Source of the DNA: Bdellovibrionales bacterium
GTDB lineage: Bacteria > Bdellovibrionota > Bdellovibrionia > Bdellovibrionales > UBA1609
NCBI GenBank assembly: GCA_965261545.1
Contig: CBDHDF010000011.1
Coordinates: forward strand, 832,001-896,000
DNA length: 64,000 nt
Reading direction: 5' to 3'
Of the stretch, positions 31,581 through 41,102 are shown piece by piece. A program made the position numbers and the translations under genes. Under the pieces are notes generated by a model. The model was not told where the DNA came from. It worked only from the letters and a program-made list of their open reading frames with translations, and ran no database searches. Every line of letters begins with the position of its first letter. The first letter of the stretch is position 1.

Positions 31581-33295
31581 GTAACTATTCAGGGGGTGGG
31601 CGAATTCGAGTCATAAATGAGGGAAGTTTTCCTTGAAATAGCATATTTAGAGCATCTTTAGGTTCTATGCCATTTTTCTGGCAAGTCAGGAGAAAGCTTC
31701 GGTTTCTACAAAATGTCTTGGCTCCCATCAACGAACGAAAGCACCCAGATATTTTCTGCTGAACTTTGGTCATTCTCAGATCATTTTCTGCTATATTATT
31801 CGTAAATGGAACTATGGGGTCCTTCATAAAGAGCAAGGTATCATCTTCAAAGTTTCTCAGTCGATCTAGTAAATTTCTAGATTTGGATTGTTTAACCTTT
31901 CCCTTCTTTTTTTTCTCTGTCCTCTCCATTAATGGAGATTCCTTTTCCCCTTCGAAGAGAATATTTCGATATTTCTCTTTGTAATATTCAATTCGGTCTT
32001 GTGAAAGGCATTGGTTCTGCGTATCGTGCACCTCTTTGTTTATTGTCTCTAAAAGAGACTTCATTTCTTTTGCCCATTTTTGATCATCTTGCTCCCAAGC
32101 TCTTTGAAGCTCCCTTAAATGGTGCGCATTGCAAAGGGCATGAATGCAGGAAGTATATGTATAATAAGGTTTCCAATGGTCATGACAAACAATCCCTGTG
32201 TATTTTGGAAGAATTCCCATGCGATCCATAGCCTCTGCGCCTCTTTTTTCGTCCACCTGATAGAGAACCACAGTATCATTGGACAAGAGGTGAAACCACA
32301 GCCTCTTCCCATTAACATTCACTCCAGTTTCGTCAGCATGAATCAAAGGTGAGTTCAGAAGAGTTTCCTTTGCCCACTCCTCAAAAGCTTCCAGAGCCTC
32401 AAAGGCAGATTTGTTAAAATTGTGTACCGTAGATCCAGCAAGCGATAGACCCCATTGATTAAAGTAACTTGCGACTCGAAGATGAGGGATTAACTGAAAC
32501 TGGGACATATAAACTGAGTGAGCTTTCACAGAAGGGCCATATTGAGTTGGGTTATTGATTCCTTCTGGAAAACCTGCAACCCACTGATTCCCATCTTGGT
32601 CTTCGAGGATTTCTCCTTGATACTCCGTGACATGCACAGAAAGGTCTACCTCAAATACTTGACGCTTTTCAACTCCAGAAGAAATGTAATCACCTGGAGG
32701 AAGTTCCTCTTTATTAATAGAAATGAACTCCACCTTGTCTGGAGTATCCACGGGTTTTAAAGTAGCTCCTTCGTGTCCGGGTTGTCCTCCTGGCTTCTTA
32801 CCAGTTTCTTCCTTAGGTTTCTTTTTAGGGCCATTCGGATCTTGAGAAGGGGCAATACTACTGTTTTGACTATTTAATTTTTTTTGATTTACTAGAATAG
32901 TGATGATTTTGATCAACAACTCAATGGCCACAATAAAAGCGGGAGAAAGGGACTTCTCTTTCTTAAGAAGCTTCCTGATTTTATTTATGGCTGAAGACAC
33001 GTCAATATTTTCTATTTTCATACTTACCTTATGAAAATATTAACATGCCTTTTTTTCATTAAAAAAAATGCACTAGGATTCGTTCTAAGAAGCAAAAGGA
33101 ATGAGAAGTGCCCCCCGCGACCTATGTTTCACAATCTTTCAATACTATGGCTCTCAGAGAGTTTAAGGCATATGCAGGAACATATTCGATAAAGAACAAA
33201 TGAAAGAGGTCGTTTGCTTCAAAAACTTGTCAAGAATTTTTATACTTTTTTTAAAAAAATTGTTCGAATTAATGCAGCACCCCCTGAATAGTTAC
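31581..33295 (-). mobile_element. IS66-family single-ORF element, copy 1 (1715 bp)
   Basis: IR GTAACTATTCAGGGGG; 8-bp TSD GAGTCAAC at 33296-33303 and, displaced by IS110, at 29868-29875. Confidence 0.9.
31585..33021 (-). CDS. tnpC: IS66-family transposase (478 aa)
   Basis: NSSIAPSQD, GGQPGHEG, IHADET, LCNAHHLREL and TNNIAENDLR motifs. Confidence 0.92.
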   Translation of the reverse strand: MKIENIDVSSAINKIRKLLKKEKSLSPAFIVAIELLIKIITILVNQKKLNSQNSSIAPSQDPNGPKKKPKEETGKKPGGQPGHEGATLKPVDTPDKVEFISINKEELPPGDYISSGVEKRQVFEVDLSVHVTEYQGEILEDQDGNQWVAGFPEGINNPTQYGPSVKAHSVYMSQFQLIPHLRVASYFNQWGLSLAGSTVHNFNKSAFEALEAFEEWAKETLLNSPLIHADETGVNVNGKRLWFHLLSNDTVVLYQVDEKRGAEAMDRMGILPKYTGIVCHDHWKPYYTYTSCIHALCNAHHLRELQRAWEQDDQKWAKEMKSLLETINKEVHDTQNQCLSQDRIEYYKEKYRNILFEGEKESPLMERTEKKKKGKVKQSKSRNLLDRLRNFEDDTLLFMKDPIVPFTNNIAENDLRMTKVQQKISGCFRSLMGAKTFCRNRSFLLTCQKNGIEPKDALNMLFQGKLPSFMTRIRPPPE

Positions 33296-33755
33296 GAGTC
33301 AACAAGAAGAACGTCTGAGACTCCCAGTTGTAATAATATGGCTTTGCTCCCATGAAAAGCTCCTGAGATAGCTTTATCATGAGCATTTCAACCAGTTTAC
33401 TCAGAAGCTCTTTTAATCTTTTTCTAGAGAGTCTTTCCCAGAAGCTGTGTCTTTCAATTCTTAATCCTAAATGACTTATCATAAACCTCCTAATTCCCTC
33501 TATTGAATATGTCTTAGAGTCTCCCTGGAATGACAAGACAAGAGCCACAATAAACTCAAGAGGTGGAATGGTTGCCCGAGAGTCCTTTTCAGGAATAACT
33601 TTCTTGAAACATTTTTTGATCGTTTTAAGTGTTTGAGCTTCCGTGCTCATATTTGCCCCCTGCGTTTAAAAAATAAAAATTTCCTCCAATTAATCTTGAC
33701 CTATTAAGATACTAACGCGAGAATCATTAAGTCTGTAGATAACTCACTTGTATCT

Positions 33756-34220
33756 ATGCGGATTCATTGTATTCGACAGGAGCAAAAAATAGCAATGATT
33801 TTTGGACTTTTAATATTACTTTCTTTGGGATCCTTTATATCTCTTCTTATTTCCTTATTGGTATTTGGATTTGGTTATTTACTGGCACTCATCCTCCCAT
33901 TAACTCAGATGCAAGCATCTTCTTTGTTTTTTGCTTCACTCACACTTTTGGTTCTTACATGTATTTTTATGATGCTCATATCTCAATTTAAAAATCGTTA
34001 CTTTCACCAGAATCTAGGAGATATTCTTTTTGATAATTTGGATGAGGATTTGGAAGATGAAAAGCAAAAAAAAATTGTAACTGAAGATATGTCTGCATCA
34101 CAGCAGAAAAATGACCAAAGCGAAAAAATTGGAAGAAATCAATCCTGTCCATGCGGAAGTGGAAAGAAATTTAAATTCTGTTGTTCCCAAAAGTCCACAG
34201 TTCTTTCGTTACACAATTAA
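33756..34220 (+). CDS. SEC-C membrane protein; IS passenger gene, copy 3 (intact)
   Basis: One amino acid different from 3521-3985. Confidence 0.8.
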   Translation: MRIHCIRQEQKIAMIFGLLILLSLGSFISLLISLLVFGFGYLLALILPLTQMQASSLFFASLTLLVLTCIFMMLISQFKNRYFHQNLGDILFDNLDEDLEDEKQKKIVTEDMSASQQKNDQSEKIGRNQSCPCGSGKKFKFCCSQKSTVLSLHN

Positions 34221-34396
34221 GTCTCTTAAAACACATGGCTTGTCGTGGATATCAAATGTCAATCTGCGTCCATTTCTCAAAATACCATCTATAAATATTT
34301 ATAAATCGCCCACTTCCCTCTATGTAAAAAAGGAGGCTTGAAAAGTATTTCCATTAATTCGGAATTAAAATTAGAAAAAAACCACGAACACCTATG

Positions 34397-34738
34397 TGCA
34401 AGAGCTGTATTCTTATTTTTGGCTCTTCAATTATACAAAGATTCAAATGAGCATAAATGAGGATGAAGACAGTGTGAATCAGTTGGTAAAAAATGACTAC
34501 AAAAAACCTAACTTTAAACTGATTCTTGATTTCATAATGGATAGCATCCCCCTTTTTGTTGCGGGGCTCTATCAGAAATTTAGGAAGCAGATAAAGTTGC
34601 TGATGAAGATTTCAATGGAGAAGAGGAGGCACTTCAAAAGAAGCTATGAAAGGTCTATCAAAAGGGCTGGGAGTTCTTTTAAAAGAAATAGCTTAACGCA
34701 GAGGCAGAGGGGTGTGGTGGCTTAAGGAAACGGCATTG
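34397..34738 (+). pseudogene. IS4-family element A, 3' fragment with right end
   Basis: Ends CTTAAGGAAACGGCATTG at 34738. Confidence 0.85.
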
Positions 34739-35130
34739 GGTCCTAAGGTGACCTAGTGTCTCTTGGGTGTACTTAGGCTTTCTACCTCGTTTTGCTATGG
34801 GAAGGGTAAGTTGGCCATTCAGTAGCCTTATGGCATATTTCCGGTTATAACCACAAATAGTACAAAACTCAGTTAAAATAATTTTTTTCTCGCTTTTGGA
34901 CGATTTTTGGTAGCGCTCAAGAATAGCCATTAAATATTGCTTTTTTTGCCGAGTGGCTCATAATTCCCCCTTAATGTGTCGTTTTGGTACAACAACCAGT
35001 CTAGGGTAAGATATTTATGAGTCATTCGGTGATTTCCTAAAAATATCGCACCGAGCAAAGTTACCTTTATTGTGAGTCAATGCGGTTTTAATGTGATGCG
35101 TCTTGGTGTCGTTATTTTTGACCCAATTCG
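34739..35130 (-). pseudogene. N-terminal fragment and left end of an IS481-like/integrase-core transposase element
   Basis: ERYQKSSKSEKKIILTEFCTICGYNRKYAIRLLN; end region repeated inverted at 63154-63285. Confidence 0.6.
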
Positions 35131-35240
35131 CCGATTGAAGGAAACTTCAAACCGACTTGTCAAGATAAAAAATTAAAGGTAGGGTGAGCCCATCTTGTCA
35201 GATCGCCCTAAATGGATGGTTTTGTCCGCCCCTCCGGGTA
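35131..35240 (+). mobile_element. IS21-B right-end remnant with putative outward promoter
   Basis: Matches 53533-53660; TTGTCA at 35157-35162, 17-bp spacer, TAGGGT at 35180-35185. Confidence 0.7.
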
Positions 35241-35257
35241 AACTTAATAGAATTCAT

Positions 35258-35334
35258 GGCGGCTGTAGCTCAGTTGGTAGAGCCCCGGATTGTGATTCCG
35301 GTTGTCGCGGGTTCAAGTCCCGTCAGTCGCCCCA
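35258..35334 (+). tRNA. tRNA-His (GTG)
   Basis: G-1, acceptor GCGGCTG/CAGTCGC, D loop AGTTGGTAG, anticodon GTG at 35292-35294, GTTCAAGT T loop, C73 and encoded CCA. Confidence 0.97.
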
Positions 35335-35685
35335 TATTACTCTAGTCGTCAGAATCACTTTCAAGAAAATCAACCCAAGTCATTGAAATTAAAAACTTAA
35401 TGGTTTCAATCATTTAACCATCCGGCTTCCCCTCAAAATTTCCTGAGTTTTCCCGAAATTTCTTGAAACTGCTACTTTTGGCTTCACGCTTGGCTTCACG
35501 AGTAGCAACCCACTCTTTAGCTCATATCGTAGCACTTCTTCTCCGTTATCCTATTGAATTTCTTAACAAAAATTCATAGCCCCTTGCTTGTGGAAAATGG
35601 CTATTTTGCCGCAAGCCGGTGGTTGATAAACGAGGCTCCAAACAAAAGTCTCAAGGAGGAAAATGTGGGAAGTGAAGAAGTAAAA

Positions 35686-36282
35686 ATGAATGCAGTTACT
35701 TTAAGGAAGTTGCGTGAGATTAGAGGGCTAAGTCGAAAGGAGGCGAGCGTCCTTCTTGGCATAGGGCATAAGGCCATTGAGAAGTTTGAAAATGGCCGAA
35801 CAAACCTAAAGCAAAGCCGGATTGAACAAACTCTCAGGGCCTATGGCTTCACTTATGAGGACTTTTTGTTGTGTCGTGAAGGCAAAAGTGAACAAATCCA
35901 GAAAAGGTTTTGTCACAAAAAAGAAAAGCCTCTTGATTATAAAAGAGGTAGGCGGTTTCGCACAAAAATTATCACCAAAGAGGCACGGGTGTTGAAGGTG
36001 TTGAGAATCCTGAAAAACCTTAGCCAGTATAAAGCCAGTTTTATTTGTGGTTACCACCGAAAAGCTATTGGTCATATTGAAAATGGTCGGGTTGAACTCC
36101 GTAAGGCCAGAATTGCCCACATTGTAGAGTCCTATGGGTTCACAATAGAAGATTTTCATCATTACATGGAGGCCGACATTTTAGTTACAGAAATTCAAGA
36201 CGAGTGCATATCTATTATCAAGAGCTTGTGCGAGAAGAATCTCAAAGCCGTTCACCCCTTACTGCTCAACTTTAAATCGTAA
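35686..36282 (+). CDS. XRE-family regulator with two HTH domains
   Basis: LRKLREIRGLSRKEAS...KFENG and LKVLRILKNLSQYKAS...HIENG; start uncertain. Confidence 0.8.
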   Translation: MNAVTLRKLREIRGLSRKEASVLLGIGHKAIEKFENGRTNLKQSRIEQTLRAYGFTYEDFLLCREGKSEQIQKRFCHKKEKPLDYKRGRRFRTKIITKEARVLKVLRILKNLSQYKASFICGYHRKAIGHIENGRVELRKARIAHIVESYGFTIEDFHHYMEADILVTEIQDECISIIKSLCEKNLKAVHPLLLNFKS

Positions 36283-36327
36283 TTTTTAAAGACGAGCCCA
36301 TTTCTCAGAGAGAAATACCCACTTTAA

Positions 36328-36360
36328 AGAAGAAAGGGGGGCATAGCCCCCCTTTCTTCT
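36328..36360. terminator. Perfect hairpin, likely bidirectional terminator
   Basis: AGAAGAAAGGGGGGC-ATA-GCCCCCCTTTCTTCT between convergent genes. Confidence 0.7.
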
Positions 36361-36565
36361 GTGTTCCGACTACTTTTGACAATATGAGTTATTTCATGGG
36401 TCCAGTGGTCGCTGATGAAAGTGGACCTCAGCATCAAATGAGAGCAGCCTCAACATTTTTTTTGCAGTCCATCGGGAGGGGGACCTTCGTCCCCCTCTCA
36501 GTTATTTTTATGGACCTCCTTAAAAAAAGCACCTTTTGTAAAACCCCTTCCGGGGAGGCTTTTTT

Positions 36566-37045
36566 CTATTCCCTGGATTGATTCATTTCCATGAGAAAGG
36601 AGACGATTTTTAATGTCTCCCCAAAACTGGCTTGAAACCTCACCTTGTACTTTCCATCATAATGCTGTGCAATAGACCCATTCTCGAACTCAACATATTT
36701 TTCTGTTCCCCAAGAGCTGGAATACCTATCTCCCATTTTTCCACCAGAAGCCTGAGCTATGGCCTCCAACTTCTTTCTCTCAAAGACCTCCTTTTCCCTC
36801 ATTCTATTCTCCTCCCTTTTGTGCTCAAAATAGTCATCTCTGTAGGCAGGTAAAAGGCGACGTTTGATATCTTTTGCAATCTTCTCAAGCGGCTTGGTGA
36901 AGGAGCAGCCAATACTATGGTGCCTTCCCGCCCCTCCGGGCCAACTCCACGACTATTGTCTTCCCATTCCAAGAGCATTGAAATGCAAACTCTAAACCAC
37001 TATCATTTCTTAACCTGTCTCCATTGGCTTTGTAGCCCGGAGGGA
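36566..37045 (-). pseudogene. Hypothetical protein remnant
   Basis: The 78-aa ORF extends upstream in frame (SIGCSFTKPLEKIAKDIKRRLLPAY) to an apparent frameshift near 36945; 5' end replaced by a transposase fragment. Confidence 0.4.
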
Positions 37046-37050
37046 AGGTT

Positions 37051-37555
37051 TTGGAGGGTTACCCATATTTGGGTGGAAAATATCTTCTCAGCATTGATGG
37101 AACAGGTGCCTTTAGCTCCTCGACTATTCATTGTGAGAATTGTTGTATAAAGAATCATCGTGATGAGACGAAGACCTACTATCATCAAATGTTAGCAGGA
37201 GTGATTGTTCACCCCGATAAGAAACAGGTATACCTATTGCTCCAGAGCCCATTTCAAACACAGATGGATCGAGCAAAAATGATTGTGAGCGTAATGCAGC
37301 CAAACGACTCCTTGAAGATTTTCGCAGGGAACACCCTCACCTTCCAGTGATTGTTATTGAGGATGGATTGGCTTCCAATGCTCCTCACATCACTCTTCTT
37401 AACGAATTAAAATTAAGTTATATTTTAGGCTGTAAGATGGGGGACCACAAAGTTTTATTTGAGTTTGTAAATGGAGCAGATAGCTTAGGAACAGTTTCTC
37501 ACTTCACCGTGGTAGAGAATGGAGTGACACATGAATTTCGATTCATAAATGATGT
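37051..37555 (+). pseudogene. Internal fragment of a DDE transposase
   Basis: LLSIDGTG..SS..IHCENC, YYHQML and VIEDGL motifs; frameshifted. Confidence 0.7.
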
Positions 37556-38415
37556 TGTTAGGCGCCAATTAAAATTGGCCATTTTTAGAAGCCGTCGCCA
37601 ATGAAAAACGGCCAGTTGATGATGTACTGATTTAGTTATTCTTCGTTCAGAGTTTAGTCAAGTGTCTTTATTTTGCTCATCATTTAACTCGGACTATGCC
37701 ACAAGATTCTGAGGAATGATTTTCTGCCCACCACTTTTGGCATGACCCCAAATGCATCCTTCAGCCCTATGGCAGAGGTAAATGGAGTATTTTTCAGGAT
37801 TCCTTGGCGCAGCTAATGTCTAAAGCTCCGCGAGAGTGACGAGCAAATAGTACGGTAAAAGCCAGTTATCCATAAATTTATCCATGGCGACACTGCGGCT
37901 GTGACCCCGATGTCTAGCAACGCAGTGCTGCTGTGGATAAATTTTGTGGATAACTGGCGAGTTCCTTCCCCAAAAGTGGGGATCTCTAATGAACTTCTTT
38001 GGTTGAACTTTCCTCTTTGCTCTGTTTAGACTTGGCTTTTGCCGATTCGGTTCTCCAACTTTCTTTTCCTTCAATGTTGAGGGTTTCACAGTTGTGAATA
38101 ATTCGATCAACAGCAGCAGCGGTGGTAATAGGGTTAAGAAACACCTTATCCCATTCAGAGTAAGTTAAGTTTGTAGTGATCATGAGACTTTTCCTTTCAT
38201 ATCGCTGAGATATGAATTGAAAGAAAAGATCAGCACCCTCTGTGCAGGAAGCTGTATAGCCAAGTTCATCACAAGCAATAAGATCAAAACGGTCTAATTT
38301 CTTAAAAAGAGCATTCAATGAGAGTTCTTTCTTGCTTTCACGCATTGTTTCAATAAGTTCATGAGTGGTGACCCATAAACATCGATAGCCTTGTTCACAG
38401 AGTGAACGAACTGGG
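37556..38415 (-). pseudogene. istB: IS21-A copy 2: right end and 3' half of istB
   Basis: Reverse match to about 23435-24291; interrupted by the intron 3' end. Confidence 0.88.
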
Positions 38416-39159
38416 ATCGAGTGGAACGGGGGAATTGCACCCCCGAGCCCTCACAGATCCCCGCAGGACATTCTCATGTCACGGGGCTCCTATCCTAACA
38501 ACCTACGGAGGGGCCACTCGCCAATGGACAAACAGTTGTGGCCTTGCACGGGCAAAGCTCTTACACCATTTGTAGGCTCGACGGAAGCTTCCTCTCAAGC
38601 TTTTGAGGGTTCGGCGCGCCCATCTCATGAGTGCTCCGTTGAATCTGTGAAGAACAATGTACATTGCTGAAGGGGAGAACTTACCATAGTAATTGTACCA
38701 CCCTCTAAGAATGGGATTCCACTTCTTGGCAATATCTTCCATGGAGAGATGACTGCTCAAACGCACCTTCTCCTTGCGAATTTTATCATTCATTGCTTTC
38801 TTGGCCTTATTGCTTACGGCAGGAAGGTAATTTATAAAATCCTACCCCCTATAATTCCTTGCTGGCCTCGGCTTAAAGGTGTAACCGAGAAAATCGAAGT
38901 TGACTTTCTCTCCTTTCAACCTGCGTCTTCCTGACATTTGGCAATGAATAATGTGCGTCTTCTTTGGGTGAATTTCCAACCCCACTTCGCAGAGCCTTTC
39001 CTCCAATGCCCGTCTCATTTGGCTGGCTTCCTTCTTTGTGCGGCAGTGAATGACAGCGTCATCTGCGTACCGTACAAATGGGGATTCAGGATGATTCCTG
39101 GCCATCCATATATCGAAGGCATAGTGGAGAAATAGATTACTTAGCAGGGGTGAAGCAAC

Positions 39160-41099
39160 TCCCCGGACACAATAGACAACTTTTCCATTGAAATTTCCAT
39201 AAATATATATAATCATTCACTTTATGCAATTGGTCGTAAATATGCTCGCTATCGTTGGCATCCACCTGAGGATTCTTCCCATTTAGCTTCGAACCATAGT
39301 CAAAGGAATGATAATGGCCCACCAAACAAAACATCAAAATCCATGGACAGCTCAGTTAAAAAGTGTCTATCAAAGCGACCAAGCCACACGGGTTCAACAG
39401 ACATACGAAGTTGTTGTTCCAAAAATAAAGAAACAATTAAAGCAGAAAGTAAAACAACAGAAAATAATGGAGGTTAAAAATGGAAACATCAGTAGCTCTT
39501 TATTGTCGAGTGTCCTCAGATAAACAAGCTCAAGAGGGAACCATTGATTCACAGATTTCTAGTCTTCACGATTTCGCTAAGGAACACAGCTTTTGTGTAG
39601 AGGAGGATCTTATATTTACGGATAATGGTGTGAGTGGTGCCACCCTTGTTCGTCCTGCTTTAGACTCCCTTCGCGACAAAGCTTTTTCTGGGGAGGTTAC
39701 AAAGGTACTTGTGTTATGTCCAGACAGATTAGCTCGTAAATATGCCCATCAATTGATTCTAATTGAAGAATTTCAGAGGCTAGGTGTTGAAATTATTTTT
39801 TCTAATAGAGATATTACAAATTCACCCGAAGATCAGCTTTTGCTACAAATACAAGGAGTCATTTCAGAATATGAAAGAGAAAAAATTATGGAAAGAAGTC
39901 GAAGGGGTAAACTTCAAAAGGCTTCTAAGGGCTTTGTTAGCGTTTTATGTGGAGCTCCCTATGGTTATATATATATTCCGAAAGCAGACTCCGCTGACGC
40001 ACGATATGAGGTCCATCCAGAAGAGTCTAAAGTTGTTAAAGATGTTTTTCAAATGTATTGCCGAAACAAACTAAGTATTGGAGCAATTGCAAAGGAATTA
40101 AATATAAGGGGGGTGCCTACTAAAAAACAACAAGGTATTTGGGAGCGTTCAACTGTTTGGTGTATGCTTAAAAACCCCGCTTATTATGGACAAGCTGCTT
40201 TTAGAAAGACTATCCAGGTAGAAAGGTTGCGTCCAACCAAGTTAGCAAGAGACAATAATTTTTATCCAAAAAATCCTAAATCAAGCTCTTCCGATCGAAA
40301 TAAAAAGGATTGGATATATATTCCCGTTCCATCTATAATTTCTTCAAAAACTTTTCAAGATGCATCCAGTCAATTGGAAACTAACAAAAAACTTTCCCCT
40401 CGGAATAATAAAAAATATGAGTATTTGTTAAGTGGTCTTTTACGATGCAAAGAGTGTGGTTATTCGATCTATGGCAAACCCGCTTCTAATTCAAGGTATA
40501 AGCGTTGTTATTATCGCTGTATGGGACAAGATGGTCATAGATGGCCAGCTAAAGGTAGAGTTTGCTCATCTCATCCCGTAAGAGTTGAAGTTTTAGATGA
40601 CTTAGTTTGGGAACAAACAGTTAAATTACTTGAAAATCCTCAGGCAGTTATAGATGAGTATACAAATAGAATTCATGAGCAAAAAGGCCAACAACAATCA
40701 TTGGAAAAATTAATTGCAAAAAAGGCTCAGGAGATTCGTCAAATAACACATGAAAAGGAACGTCTCTTGGATCTTTATCAAAATGGAACTCTAAATCTAT
40801 CAGAAATAGAGTCACGATTAAAAAAAATAAGAGGCAAAATAAAGCAACTTGAAAATGAAAAGCAATCTTTAGAGTATGAGCAAAGGCAAGAAGGACAACA
40901 ATTACAGCTTGTAGATCAACTCCAAGAATTCCAAAAAAAAGTGAGTGCCAACTTAAAGGTATTGAGTTTTGAGCAAAAAAAGGAGATTGTAAGGCTACTG
41001 GTAAAGGAGGTTGAGGTGAACATTAAGACAAGTGAAATTGTGGTTCGACACGTTGTGCCAACATCCAAAAGTTTGCCATTGTGTCCGGGGAGTCACAAC
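39160..41099 (+). mobile_element. Minimal LSR element 1 (1940 bp)
   Basis: Shared CAACT at both junctions; perfect 16-bp inverted arms ACTCCCCGGACACAAT (39158-39173) and ATTGTGTCCGGGGAGT (41078-41093); removal restores RT codons QGSVASPL. Confidence 0.88.
39308..39523 (+). CDS. Small ORF overlapping the LSR1 start; possible accessory protein
   Basis: Position only. Confidence 0.35.
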   Translation: MIMAHQTKHQNPWTAQLKSVYQSDQATRVQQTYEVVVPKIKKQLKQKVKQQKIMEVKNGNISSSLLSSVLR

Positions 41100-41102
41100 T
41101 GA
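39480..41102 (+). CDS. Large serine recombinase (540 aa as integrated)
   Basis: YCRVSS, RPAL, DRLAR, PYGY, LKNPAY, CKECG...YYRC zinc ribbon and coiled coil; stop codon comes from target DNA. Confidence 0.93.
   Translation: METSVALYCRVSSDKQAQEGTIDSQISSLHDFAKEHSFCVEEDLIFTDNGVSGATLVRPALDSLRDKAFSGEVTKVLVLCPDRLARKYAHQLILIEEFQRLGVEIIFSNRDITNSPEDQLLLQIQGVISEYEREKIMERSRRGKLQKASKGFVSVLCGAPYGYIYIPKADSADARYEVHPEESKVVKDVFQMYCRNKLSIGAIAKELNIRGVPTKKQQGIWERSTVWCMLKNPAYYGQAAFRKTIQVERLRPTKLARDNNFYPKNPKSSSSDRNKKDWIYIPVPSIISSKTFQDASSQLETNKKLSPRNNKKYEYLLSGLLRCKECGYSIYGKPASNSRYKRCYYRCMGQDGHRWPAKGRVCSSHPVRVEVLDDLVWEQTVKLLENPQAVIDEYTNRIHEQKGQQQSLEKLIAKKAQEIRQITHEKERLLDLYQNGTLNLSEIESRLKKIRGKIKQLENEKQSLEYEQRQEGQQLQLVDQLQEFQKKVSANLKVLSFEQKKEIVRLLVKEVEVNIKTSEIVVRHVVPTSKSLPLCPGSHN

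Larger units (their letters stand above)
29881..31585 (+). mobile_element. IS110-family element inserted in the terminal IR of IS66
   Basis: GTAAC present at both junctions (29876-29880, 31581-31585); removing it restores GAGTCAAC-GTAACTATTCAGGGGG, i.e. the IS66 end with its TSD. Confidence 0.8.
29011..34396 (-). mobile_element. IS4/SEC-C element, copy 3; transposase split by the IS66+IS110 insertion and 3'-truncated
   Basis: Transposase pieces at 33296-33650 and 29011-29875; end ...CACCTATG at 34396. Confidence 0.88.

Noticed and set aside
29876..33295. IS66 composite transposon that captured IS110 using a surrogate end
   Set aside because: Also fits the TSD, but IS110 insertion into the IS66 IR is simpler and is supported by the guide matches; kept only as an alternative.
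35195..35386. 63-aa ORF
   Set aside because: Shadow frame over an IS end and tRNA-His.
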